Shown one piece after another: positions 10,228 through 18,997 of a stretch of DNA of 64,000 bases (positions within the stretch are counted from its first letter, which is position 1; each line of letters begins with the position of its first letter). The notes beneath the pieces are model-generated. The model did not search any database and was not told where the DNA came from. It saw only the letters and a list, made by a program, of their open reading frames with translations. Origin of the DNA: an uncultured Verrucomicrobiae bacterium (lineage in GTDB: Bacteria > Verrucomicrobiota > Verrucomicrobiia > Chthoniobacterales > UBA10450); NCBI GenBank assembly GCA_963756875.1, contig CAVWPA010000003.1:1248001-1312000 (forward strand). The letters run 5' to 3'. The translations under genes were made by a program, and so were the position numbers.

Positions 10228-11919
10228 CTACTTCGGAAGCTCGTTAGTCTTTCCGAAGTACTCCCACTGCTGCAACGCGATCGGGATGTTCCCGTTCTTC
10301 CAGAGGAAATCGTGGAAGTTGCGGAGACTGAATTTGTCGCCCTGCTGCATCCGCGCTTCGGCGAGAAACTTCAAGATTTGGAGTTTTCCGATCTGATAGG
10401 TGAAGGCCTGGCCAGGCCCGGTTGAGAAGGCGATGGCTTCGCTGCGCGCGGTCTGTGCGTCCATTGGCACCTTGTCCCGTAAGTATTTTGCAGCCTGCTC
10501 GAGCGTGAACTGGCCGAGGGCGAGTTTTACGTCTACCTCCACGCGCAGCGCGCGCAGGCGCATGAAGTTGTAAATGATCTCGCGCGTGTGCGGGCTGTCG
10601 TCGAACAAACCGGCTTGCAACATCATCTCCTCGGCGTAGAAACCGATCCCTTCGTTCGCAGTCGAGTCGTAGTAATGACGCCGGATCGGGTCCTCCTGTT
10701 TCCAGGAAAGACAGAGCTGGAAGTAATGTCCGGGAATTCCTTCATGAACGGTGAGCGGCCGCGGGTCCTGCGCGGTGGCCCTGAAAAAGTAACCGAGCTT
10801 TGGTGAAGGTTCAGTGACGTATCGGACGCAATTTTCATTCAGCCGCGATGGCGAAGTAAAGTCGTCCATCTCGCCGAAGCCTTGCAAGACCTGCAAATAT
10901 TCCGGCATCGGCCGTAAGATGTAATGCCGAAGCCAGTCCGGGACGGTGAGAATGCGTTGCGTTGTGAGAAAGTCGCGGATCTGCAGTTCTTTCGCCGCTG
11001 CGTCCTTGATCCATTCATCGATGCTGGTCGCGAACTTCAATGGCGGCACATTTCGGTTTCGCTGCTTCTCGATCGCCTCGAACGCCACGGCGCGGTTCCA
11101 TTCCTGGCGGCCCATCGCCAAAAGTTCTTCAGGCGAATAGGGGAGGAGTGCGACATGCTTTATAAAGAAGAGATAGGCGTCGCGGCCGAGCGCTGTTTCT
11201 TGCGGTAGCGCCGGTAATTTCTTCTGAAGCCACTGTCGAAATTTCTCGAGCGCATCTGCCGCCCGATCGGTTGCAGCATTCAACTCCTCTGCTTTGAGAG
11301 TTGTCGACGGCTGCAACGCGGCGGCCATCTGGTGCAGGCGCGGCCGAATGTTTTCCAGCGCCTGGATCGCTACGCTCGCGAACGGGGCAGGCGGGTTCGT
11401 GAGGTTGCCTTCGGCTTCCTTCAGAATCGCCGGGATATTTTCAATGCGCGTCAAAATCTCGCGACTGCTTTGGTCGTTGTAAGGTCCGGGCACGTCGAGC
11501 GCTTCGACGATTGGCGTGAGGGTCTGTTCGATGTAAAAATTCGGGTCGCGCTTCCAGCGCGGGTTGACCTGCAATTCCCATTGCACCCGCGCCAGGGCCG
11601 AGCCGATCAGCCGGTAATCGACCTGCTTTGGAACAGGCCATTTGCTGGAATCGATCTTTTTCCAGCGCGCTTCGAATTCCTCCAGATCTGTTCGGCGCTT
11701 CTCGATGCTGGCCAACGACCAGTCGCGAACTCCGCCGGGACGCTCCATTCTATTCACATCGTCCCCAGTGAATGGTGCATTTGCCGCGCGCCAGCTCCAA
11801 AAATCAGCGGCCAGTTTTTCCAGCGGTTCCGTCGCCGACTTCCCGGGTTGCGTCTGGCAATGAATGTTCGCCGGCAAGGCAAGCAGAACGAAAAGAAGCG
11901 TTCTCTGGAAATTTTTCAT
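10228..11919 (-). CDS. DUF885 family protein
   Basis: Signal peptide, HEGIPGHYFQ, NEGIGFYAE, RLRALRVEVDV and PGQAFTYQIG motifs. Confidence 0.88.
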   Translation of the reverse strand: MKNFQRTLLFVLLALPANIHCQTQPGKSATEPLEKLAADFWSWRAANAPFTGDDVNRMERPGGVRDWSLASIEKRRTDLEEFEARWKKIDSSKWPVPKQVDYRLIGSALARVQWELQVNPRWKRDPNFYIEQTLTPIVEALDVPGPYNDQSSREILTRIENIPAILKEAEGNLTNPPAPFASVAIQALENIRPRLHQMAAALQPSTTLKAEELNAATDRAADALEKFRQWLQKKLPALPQETALGRDAYLFFIKHVALLPYSPEELLAMGRQEWNRAVAFEAIEKQRNRNVPPLKFATSIDEWIKDAAAKELQIRDFLTTQRILTVPDWLRHYILRPMPEYLQVLQGFGEMDDFTSPSRLNENCVRYVTEPSPKLGYFFRATAQDPRPLTVHEGIPGHYFQLCLSWKQEDPIRRHYYDSTANEGIGFYAEEMMLQAGLFDDSPHTREIIYNFMRLRALRVEVDVKLALGQFTLEQAAKYLRDKVPMDAQTARSEAIAFSTGPGQAFTYQIGKLQILKFLAEARMQQGDKFSLRNFHDFLWKNGNIPIALQQWEYFGKTNELPK

Positions 11920-11929
11920 CGCGATACGA

Positions 11930-12964
11930 TCAATCCGCGGTTTGCTTGATCGTGACGGCCACCGGTGTGCGGCCGGGCCGATACATCGACGCGCCGTAGC
12001 AAATCGCGGCGGTATTCGACCGCGCGTAGCGAACTTCGTTTAACTCCGCGTCCCAATGCTCCATGTAAGAGCAGTTCGCCGTCTTTTTACTGCCGGGGAT
12101 GGGGACATAACGATTTTCAACCAGCGAAAGAAAAGCCGATTCGCCAGGCAACGGAATCGGCGCGGCCCAGTTCGGCGAGAGCCGCACCAGTTTCGGTCCA
12201 TTCAGGTCGAGTGCAAAACAGGTATCGCCGTCGGTGCTGTTCAGATGCAATCCAAAGAACGCAAGGCGCAGCAGGCCGTCGAAAAGAAAGTGTCGATCGT
12301 TGTTCAGACTTTCATGCAGTAGCTCAAATACGCCGAAAAACCCGGGCAATTTACCGAACTCGGTTTCTGTGCCCGATTTCGGATAGCGCACCAGATAATG
12401 TTTGCCGTGGCCAGGACCGTCGACCTGATCGTCCGGATCGGATGCATCCTCGCGCAAAACCAATTCCACCGAGCCATCCGGCGCGGCGTAGCTCTTCGAT
12501 TCCGCGGAATTCTCGGGCGTCGAGCCCGGCGTTGGAGATCCTTCCGGCGAAGCACCGGCAGTCGGCGACGGCGATTGTTCCGGTGGCTTTTCGGGTTCGC
12601 GATTTGTAAAATAGCGCGAGTTTTTTGTTGCCGTGTACCAATCCGGCGCTGCATCCAGTTTCTTCAAGCCGCTCCCGAGCGGACTCACGCTCCAGAACTC
12701 GAGCGGATTTCCGCTCTTTTCGCGCGTGAAAACGATCGTCTCGCCGTCCGGCGCGAAGATCGGATCGACATCCTGCCCCTCGTTTACATTGGTGAGCTGT
12801 CGCAAAAATTTGCCGTCTTCGCGATACAAATAAAGATGCGAATGACTTGCTCCTTCCGCTTGCAGATAACGGATGGCGAGAACGATCTCCGAGGCAGCCA
12901 GCATCTGCGAGGCGGTCGATAGGAGCACCGCAAGGAAAATCAAGCTTCCGAACATCTGTCGCAT
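11930..12964 (-). CDS. Secreted protein with TolB/PD40-like repeat
   Basis: Signal peptide, then RQLTN...DVDPIFAPDGETIVFTR. Confidence 0.65.
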   Translation of the reverse strand: MRQMFGSLIFLAVLLSTASQMLAASEIVLAIRYLQAEGASHSHLYLYREDGKFLRQLTNVNEGQDVDPIFAPDGETIVFTREKSGNPLEFWSVSPLGSGLKKLDAAPDWYTATKNSRYFTNREPEKPPEQSPSPTAGASPEGSPTPGSTPENSAESKSYAAPDGSVELVLREDASDPDDQVDGPGHGKHYLVRYPKSGTETEFGKLPGFFGVFELLHESLNNDRHFLFDGLLRLAFFGLHLNSTDGDTCFALDLNGPKLVRLSPNWAAPIPLPGESAFLSLVENRYVPIPGSKKTANCSYMEHWDAELNEVRYARSNTAAICYGASMYRPGRTPVAVTIKQTAD

Positions 12965-12996
12965 GATGGCCGGTTTGCCGGAAATAATTCGCGTTG

Positions 12997-14376
12997 TCAA
13001 TTTCTGGTTCTGCGGATTCGCCAAAACAGATACGCCGGCAAACCGGTCAGCATGATGCCGAGGCCGATCAGGCTGTTGTGCGGGTAACGGCGCACCGTGC
13101 TGAAGACCACGGCGCAACAGGCGACAATGAAGAAGAGCGTGGTATATGGGTGGCCCGGCACGCGAAAGATATCGGCCTTGTCCTGGGCCGCCTCTTTCCG
13201 GCGTCTGAACACGAAGATGCAGGCCGCAGTGAGCGCGAAGAAGAGCGCGTCCACGGACTCGACGTAGTTTAGAATCTGTTCGTAGCGGCCCCAGAGCGCG
13301 ATGACGATGGCCAGCGCGCCTTGCAGCGCGATCGCAAACGCCGGCACATGTGCGCGGTTTACGCGCGCCAGCCGGGCAAAGAACAAGCCGTCCTCAGCCA
13401 TGGCAAAATAAACCCGCGGCGCGGTCAGCATGCTTTGGCTGAGAAATCCCAGAGTGGAGACGGCAATGCCGGCCGCAATAATTCGCGCGCCGTTCTCGCC
13501 GAGCGCCAGGCGCATCACCGCCGAGGCCGGCGTTTTCGTTTCTGCCAGACCTTGTGGTCCCAACCCGTGCACACAAACGAAATTCACCGACAGATAAACC
13601 AGAATTACGCCGAGCACTCCCAGCAATAACCCCCGCGGGAGATTTTTGCGCGGTTCGCGCACTTCGCCGGCCACGAAACAGGCCGTCTGCCAGCCGCCGT
13701 AAGCGAACGCGACAGGAATGAGCGCCGCGCCGAAAGCGGTCAACGAATTCCAAATTGTCGGCGGCAACGCTTCCGGGATTGCGGCTTGAGAGCTTTGCGG
13801 CGCACCGGTTAGCCTCAGCCCGAACACGACCAGGACCGCAATTGCGACCAACTTTAGGATCATAAACAAGTTTTGGGTCGTGCTGCCGGCGCGCACTCCG
13901 AGGCAATTGATGGCCGTCAACAGCGCGAGTGCGATCGCTGCGAGCCCCGCCGCGGCGGTGTCGCTGGCCTGTCCCCCGCCGATCGCGCAGACGTACTTGG
14001 CAAATGTCACTGCGACGGCCGCCATTCCGCCGGTTTGGATGACAAGCAGCAGCGCCCAGCCGTAAACGAACGCGAGTGACGGATGGAAAGCGTCGCGCAG
14101 ATAAACGTATTGCCCGCCGCTAACCGACGTTTGCGACGAAAGCTCCGCGTAAATGAAAGCTCCCGCCAATGCAATCAATCCGCCAGCCGCCCACGCGCCG
14201 AGAATCAACGCAGTCGAAGGCACCTCTTGCGCGACCACGTACGGATTGATGAAAATGCCCGAGCCGATGATCCCGCCCATCACGATCATCGTGGTGTCGA
14301 ACAACCCAAGCCGCCGCGCCAGCTGCGACTCCGCCGATTTGTCAGGAGCGTTGCTAATGCGTGTTAGAATCAGCAA
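12997..14376 (-). CDS. APC family amino acid permease
   Basis: LARRLGL, GGIIGSGIF, YAEL, GGQYVYL, FAYGGW and AGEVREPRKNLP motifs; about 12 TM segments. Confidence 0.92.
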   Translation of the reverse strand: MLILTRISNAPDKSAESQLARRLGLFDTTMIVMGGIIGSGIFINPYVVAQEVPSTALILGAWAAGGLIALAGAFIYAELSSQTSVSGGQYVYLRDAFHPSLAFVYGWALLLVIQTGGMAAVAVTFAKYVCAIGGGQASDTAAAGLAAIALALLTAINCLGVRAGSTTQNLFMILKLVAIAVLVVFGLRLTGAPQSSQAAIPEALPPTIWNSLTAFGAALIPVAFAYGGWQTACFVAGEVREPRKNLPRGLLLGVLGVILVYLSVNFVCVHGLGPQGLAETKTPASAVMRLALGENGARIIAAGIAVSTLGFLSQSMLTAPRVYFAMAEDGLFFARLARVNRAHVPAFAIALQGALAIVIALWGRYEQILNYVESVDALFFALTAACIFVFRRRKEAAQDKADIFRVPGHPYTTLFFIVACCAVVFSTVRRYPHNSLIGLGIMLTGLPAYLFWRIRRTRN

Positions 14377-14474
14377 TCGCGGTGGCCATTATCAATCCCA
14401 AAGCCAACCTTACCCTCTGCCCGGCGCAGCCTTTGGCGAAGGCGAGACCTCCGATCGCTGATCTTCGTGGCGAT

Positions 14475-14546
14475 CGTTCCCGGGGAGAATCGAACTCCCA
14501 TTTAAGGTTTAGGAAACCTCCGTTCTATCCGTTGAACTACGGGGAC
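14475..14546 (-). tRNA. tRNA-Arg(CCT), reconstituted at the element junction (C3-A70 acceptor mismatch)
   Basis: Reverse complement GTCCCCG-TA-GTTC-AACGGATA-GAAC-G-GAGGT-TTCCTAA-ACCTT-AAAT-GGGAG-TTCGATT-CTCCC-CGGGAAC-G. Confidence 0.92.
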
Positions 14547-14565
14547 AAATGGCGATTTTTCTTGG

Positions 14566-14589
14566 TTGTGTCACCCGTTTGTGTCACCC
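14566..14589 (+). repeat. Tandem TTGTGTCACCC pair (putative integrase arm-type sites, left)
   Basis: ttgtgtcaccc at 14566-14576 and 14579-14589; an identical pair lies near the other end. Confidence 0.7.
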
Positions 14590-14599
14590 TGGCTTTCCG

Positions 14600-15725
14600 A
14601 TGGCCAAAAAGGCGGCGAGTCATAACGGGAAAAACGGTTCAAGAAGGTCGGGCCGAATCTATATCGAGATGCAGCCGGTCGTTATTATCTGCTCGTCAAA
14701 AAGAGCGGCAAGCAGTTTCGCCGGAGCCTAAAGACGAAGGACCCTGCGCTAGCGAAACGGCGATTGCGGGAATTTCAGGACCGGGCGGGCCGACTAAATA
14801 CGGATGGAACCAATAGTTCGATCCGATTTGATGACTTCGCAGAGATGGCTCGCAGCCAAGACGGCTGAACTTAAAGCATCCTCAGCGTATCGACGTGCAA
14901 GCGTACTTAAAGCAACTCGGCCGTTTTTCAACGGCCGTTTGGTGCGAGCGATCGGCGCGAAGGAGATCGAAGCATGGAAGATTAAACGTGGAGCAACGAT
15001 TTCCGCTCGCAGTTGGAATATCGAAGTCGAGACGCTGAAACAAATTTTCGCGTACGCAAAGGACACGTTGCGAATTATCCTGGATAATCCTGCACGATTG
15101 TTGAAGCGAAAGAAAGAACCGAAAGCGGGAATTGTTATTCCGTCGAAAGAACAATTCCGCGCTTTGGTGAATGAGCTGCGGACCGGCCATCGGCAACTGG
15201 AGAAGCGGCGGATTCGTGGAATTCCTGGCATACTCGGGATGTCGGCAAGGCAAGCGAAACACGTCCGGTGGCGCGATATCAAACGAACTTGGGACGTTGC
15301 TAATTACAGGCGGCGAAACTGGAACAAAGAATTATGAGGCGCGAACGATTCCATTATTCGCTCCTCTTGCGTCGACTTGTTGGAGTCAATGAGGACGCGA
15401 AAAACGATTGGACACTGATGACGCATGAATTTTCCAGATTGGAGATGCACGGCTTCAAATCATCCGAGCATGTGAACGTCTCGGATTGCCTCGCTTTGGT
15501 CATCATACAATGCGCCATTTTTTTTGTTCGAACGCAATCGAAGCGGGATGTGATTTCAAGGTTATTGCCGGTTGGCTTGGACATAAAGACGGGGGAGTGC
15601 TGGTCGCGATGACATACGGTCACCTTCGAAGCGAACACAGTGCTGCGATGGCGAAGCGAATTACCTTCGACGCCGTATCAGACGAACCTGACACCGATCG
15701 TTCGATCATTCCTCTGCCCGTATGA
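14600..15725 (+). pseudogene. Tyrosine recombinase/integrase with several frameshifts (decay or consensus errors)
   Basis: Pieces in different frames: arm-binding-like GRYYLLVKKSGKQFRRSLKTKD, core-binding ...DNPA, and catalytic FLAYSGCR, TKN, HTMRH, WLGH, TYGH. Confidence 0.88.
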
Positions 15726-16563
15726 GTGAAGGCAGGGAGTTGATGGAGTGGATTCGCGGCAAGTGGTATGAGCCGATCATCCGACGCGTTGAGACGTTCG
15801 AGGACGAATCGGAGGTTTTTCAGGAAGTCGAGTCGGTAACTCGAGACCTGACTCTGCGGAATGGGCTTTCGAATGCGTTATAAGGGGAGTGCGTCCATTT
15901 GGCGAAGCTAGCGGGGATTCCCTTTAGCGGCACCTTCGGCGCGAAGGAAGTGGGGGCCATTAATTGGTTCAAAGACTGCGATCTGTAAAGCGATGGCGGA
16001 AATCATAGGGTGACTCAAAGCTGGACGCCCGCAGATTGGGAGAAGTTCGTAGATGCTTGGGAGAAAGGAGGTCGATTGAATACGCGCAAAGGACGTGGAA
16101 GAGGTTCGCCGACAAATTGCATCCGGAGTTTGAGGCAATTCGGAAGTTCGCCGTGACTGAGGCGGCTAAGCAAAGCTATCTCGAAGACCTTCAATTCATC
16201 ACTGGGTTGCAAAAGGGAATGACGCTCATGGTTGAGCTGCGGAAGACAATACGTAAAGCCGTAACGAAGAGCTGGAATTCGACACCCAGAAACGGATGGC
16301 GGTTTATCTGTTTGCGATGTGCGAATGGGAGGCTATCGAAGCGAGGACGTGGGGAGTTTAGTTGGCCGGAACTGTCGGAAGCCTTCTCTGAGGCTTTCGA
16401 TCATCGGATCGAAATCGACGAAGACGCGTTCAAGAAGATACTGCAACGGTGCGGCCTTGGCGTGGGCAAAGCCTGGGCGGAAGATTCCTCTGAGGTAGTA
16501 AATCGGGACAGCGGACCGGCGTCCATGTCCTTAGTGCGCCTGCAAAGATGGGCGCATGAATGA
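15722..16563 (+). pseudogene. Hypothetical element protein, frameshifted
   Basis: ATG 15722 overlaps the integrase stop (ATGA). Coding-like pieces continue into ORF 16036..16563 (WPELSEAF...EDAFKKILQRCGL). Confidence 0.45.
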
Positions 16564-16763
16564 ACAGACAAAACTAATACAAACTCCGAAGTTCGCGCTT
16601 AATCGCGTGGAAGCGGCGGAGGCGCTAAGCGTAAGTCCGGCGACATTAGATCGCTTGGCGAATCGAGGTCTGATCCTGCCGTGTCGAGCGACAGGGCGGC
16701 CTCGTATCGATCAAGGAGATCGAAAGGTTCCTCAGCTCAACAACGCTCTTGGGCGAACTGTGA
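16556..16763 (+). CDS. Excisionase-like helix-turn-helix protein (one frameshift near 16705)
   Basis: LNRVEAAEALSVSPATLDRLANRGLI; the alternative frame gives the typical tail IKEIERFL...GEL, with a TGA overlapping the next GTG. Confidence 0.75.
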
Positions 16764-17746
16764 GCGCGGAACAGGGGCCAGTTGGAAGGCGGGAGAGCTC
16801 GGATGCCGCCGCGTCAGCGGCGGCGCCGAGCCTTCCTTGTCTTAAGAAGGATAACTGCATCGTTAATGGCAGATATCGAGCTGTCTTTGTGGCACAGGAA
16901 AACATTCGTCTCTACATCTGGAAGTTCGGAGAGCAGAACGTTGGGTCATTGACTGTTACAGCTGCGGACTGCTTGGAGTCTTCAGAGTTTCAAGAAAAAT
17001 GGCATTCGTATCTGAATCCGTTGAAAAAACTGTTTCCAACGGGCATGTGGACACGGGAGCGGCAGCCGCGAAGCGGTAACTGGCACGCGCACGCGATTGT
17101 AAATGTCGGATGGGATATCAAGACGAATTTTCCGCGGGACCAGGTTGAGCGGCGGTTCTATGCGAACGTCAATCCGCGGTTGAGGGAATTGTGGAAGGAT
17201 CTGCGAAAGACCGCGCTATCACATGGCCTCGGTCGCGTGGAGTTGTTACCGTTGAAATACGGCGGCGATGCTTGCGCTCGTTATTTTACCAAATACCTAA
17301 CAAAAGCTCTCGGTTCGGAAAAAGCGGTTGGAGAAGAGAAGTGCAGGCTTTTCAGTGTTTGGGGCGGCGTTCGGTTTGTTCATTCGCGGTTCAGCTTTCT
17401 TTCGTCGCGCATTATTCAAAAGCGAAAGCAATGGCTCACCGAGCAGTTGGGATATTCTGATACATCGGAGTTAAAAAAGCTTTCGCAGCATTGGTGGTTT
17501 CATTACGGCAAGGCTTTGTGCGACGTGATTATGCCGGAGGATTTTTACAAAGTTGGACCGCCGGGCAATCGCCAGTTTGATGATGTGGGGTTGCGTGCCT
17601 GGGAGCGCGATTGGGCGGCTTGGCCCGGAGAACCTTCAGCGGACGTGGTGACGCGATCACAATTCAACTTGTTCTATGATATTGGTTTGCGTCTGTTCGG
17701 CCGGAAATCCAGGCAGGCTTTGCAATTACGCGATGTATTTCTTTGA
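16760..17746 (+). CDS. Rolling-circle replication initiator, HUH endonuclease with YxxKY
   Basis: Motif 1 GSLTVT, motif 2 ERQPRSGNWHAHAIV, motif 3 ARYFTKYLTK. Confidence 0.85.
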   Translation: MSAEQGPVGRRESSDAAASAAAPSLPCLKKDNCIVNGRYRAVFVAQENIRLYIWKFGEQNVGSLTVTAADCLESSEFQEKWHSYLNPLKKLFPTGMWTRERQPRSGNWHAHAIVNVGWDIKTNFPRDQVERRFYANVNPRLRELWKDLRKTALSHGLGRVELLPLKYGGDACARYFTKYLTKALGSEKAVGEEKCRLFSVWGGVRFVHSRFSFLSSRIIQKRKQWLTEQLGYSDTSELKKLSQHWWFHYGKALCDVIMPEDFYKVGPPGNRQFDDVGLRAWERDWAAWPGEPSADVVTRSQFNLFYDIGLRLFGRKSRQALQLRDVFL

Positions 17747-17895
17747 GAAGCGGTAGCCCGGCAAATGAATGAGGCGCATGTTATAGAGCGTGAGGTCAAC
17801 GCATCTGAACAGCTGTTCCCGCCTAGATTTTTTGGCTACACCTTCTTTGGGCGATGCCAAAAAGGTGTTTTTATTACGGCTCGCTTACGCTTTTT

Positions 17896-18093
17896 TTAAA
17901 GTTCTAGCACTTTCTTAGCTTTCGCTACATCAGCGTCTGAGCCTTCAATCACCAATGTTGAGTCGCGGTTGATCGCGATTTTTAGATTGCTTAATCCAGC
18001 GCCGGTGAGCTGAGAGCGAATTTGTTCTTCCAACTGTTCGTACATTGCCCGCTCAAAATCGCCGGAGTTAAAATCCATTGAGAACGTAATCAT
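17896..18093 (-). CDS. Small hypothetical protein (element cargo)
   Basis: 65-aa ORF starting 8 nt after the stop of 18102..18575. Confidence 0.55.
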   Translation of the reverse strand: MITFSMDFNSGDFERAMYEQLEEQIRSQLTGAGLSNLKIAINRDSTLVIEGSDADVAKAKKVLEL

Positions 18094-18101
18094 GGACAGG
18101 A

Positions 18102-18575
18102 TTACCTTTTCTTCGCTTCCCGCACAAGTTCCCGCACAGCCGGAAGACGCGGAACCTTTCCAGTGGATTCAAGTATCTTTTCCACCTTCCGACGAACTTT
18201 GTCTCGCTTGCGCTCATCGGGAATCGACAAAATTTCCTCGGCATGCGAATCGGGTATGCGATCTAGGCGTTCTCCTTTGGTATAGTACTTGGCAAAACTA
18301 CGCGCGTTGTCGCAACTCTTACGACTCGCCAAGCCTTTCAAGGCTAGGGTGCTGACCAGTCCGTTGAGCAATCTAGATTTTCCAAATTTCTTTTCGTATT
18401 CAATCAGCAGATCCCCTAGGCGGCTTCGGGTGTGGTCTTTTGCGCGACAGAACTCACATACAGCTTCGATAAAGTCGCCCTCCGAAATCGACTGATCGTG
18501 GAGCTGAATGAAGGTGTTCGCTACAATAAACTTGGACCACAGTATGTTTTTGACTGGCGGGTTGTTGTTTTTCAT
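18102..18575 (-). CDS. Hypothetical basic protein, possibly LmbU-like DNA-binding
   Basis: LGDLLIEYEKKFG...DNARSFAKYY...ERLDRIPDSHAEEI...VRELVRE resembles LmbU-type motifs, judged by eye. Confidence 0.5.
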   Translation of the reverse strand: MKNNNPPVKNILWSKFIVANTFIQLHDQSISEGDFIEAVCEFCRAKDHTRSRLGDLLIEYEKKFGKSRLLNGLVSTLALKGLASRKSCDNARSFAKYYTKGERLDRIPDSHAEEILSIPDERKRDKVRRKVEKILESTGKVPRLPAVRELVREAKKR

Positions 18576-18663
18576 TTCCCGGTAACGGTATCCCGTTGAC
18601 GGGGAAACGTCAAGTGGGCTTTCGGGATTCGGTTACATATCACAAATTCTTTGCGCCGTAGTT

Positions 18664-18686
18664 TTGTGTCACCCTTTGTGTCACCC
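18664..18686 (+). repeat. Tandem TTGTGTCACCC pair (putative arm-type sites, right)
   Basis: ttgtgtcaccc at 18664-18674 and 18676-18686. Confidence 0.7.
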
Positions 18687-18813
18687 GGTGGGAAAAAACA
18701 GCCGATTCCTGATTATTGCTGAGGACGCTGATCGGTTTGTAAGTGTCAAGCGAGTGCGGGCTTGCGTATGCATGATGATGCCTAACGAATCCTGCAAAAA
18801 CGGCCGTTTCGCC

Positions 18814-18851
18814 TTAGGAAACCTCCGTTCTATCCGTTGAACTACGGGAAC
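18814..18851 (-). repeat. att repeat: displaced native 5' half of tRNA-Arg(CCT)
   Basis: Reverse complement GTTCCCGTAGTTCAACGGATAGAACGGAGGTTTCCTAA, ending just after the anticodon. Confidence 0.9.
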
Positions 18852-18997
18852 TGTTCCAGTTATCGGTTATCAGTTATCAGATATCGGAGGTCGGATTTCA
18901 AATTCGGATTGCGGATTCGCAATTGTCGATCTTAGCAGCGCAGGAAACAATCCGCGAAATCCGTGTAATCCGCGGTTAAGCTTCTGATCTCTGAACT

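Larger units (their letters stand above)
14509..18851. mobile_element. ~4.3 kb tRNA-Arg-integrated element (tyrosine integrase + Xis-like HTH + HUH rolling-circle Rep)
   Basis: 38-bp direct repeat with 1 mismatch at 14509-14546 and 18814-18851, integrase next to one end, and a visibly more AT-rich interior. Confidence 0.9.

Noticed and set aside
16556..17746. 396-aa natural HTH-Rep fusion, as shown in the ORF track
   Set aside because: A frame change near 16705 restores a normal Xis tail (IKEIERFL) whose TGA overlaps a GTG start for Rep, so two genes plus an indel is more likely.
14509..18851. Inovirus or microvirus prophage
   Set aside because: No Zot-like ATPase, small TM coat proteins or capsid gene recognised between the att sites.
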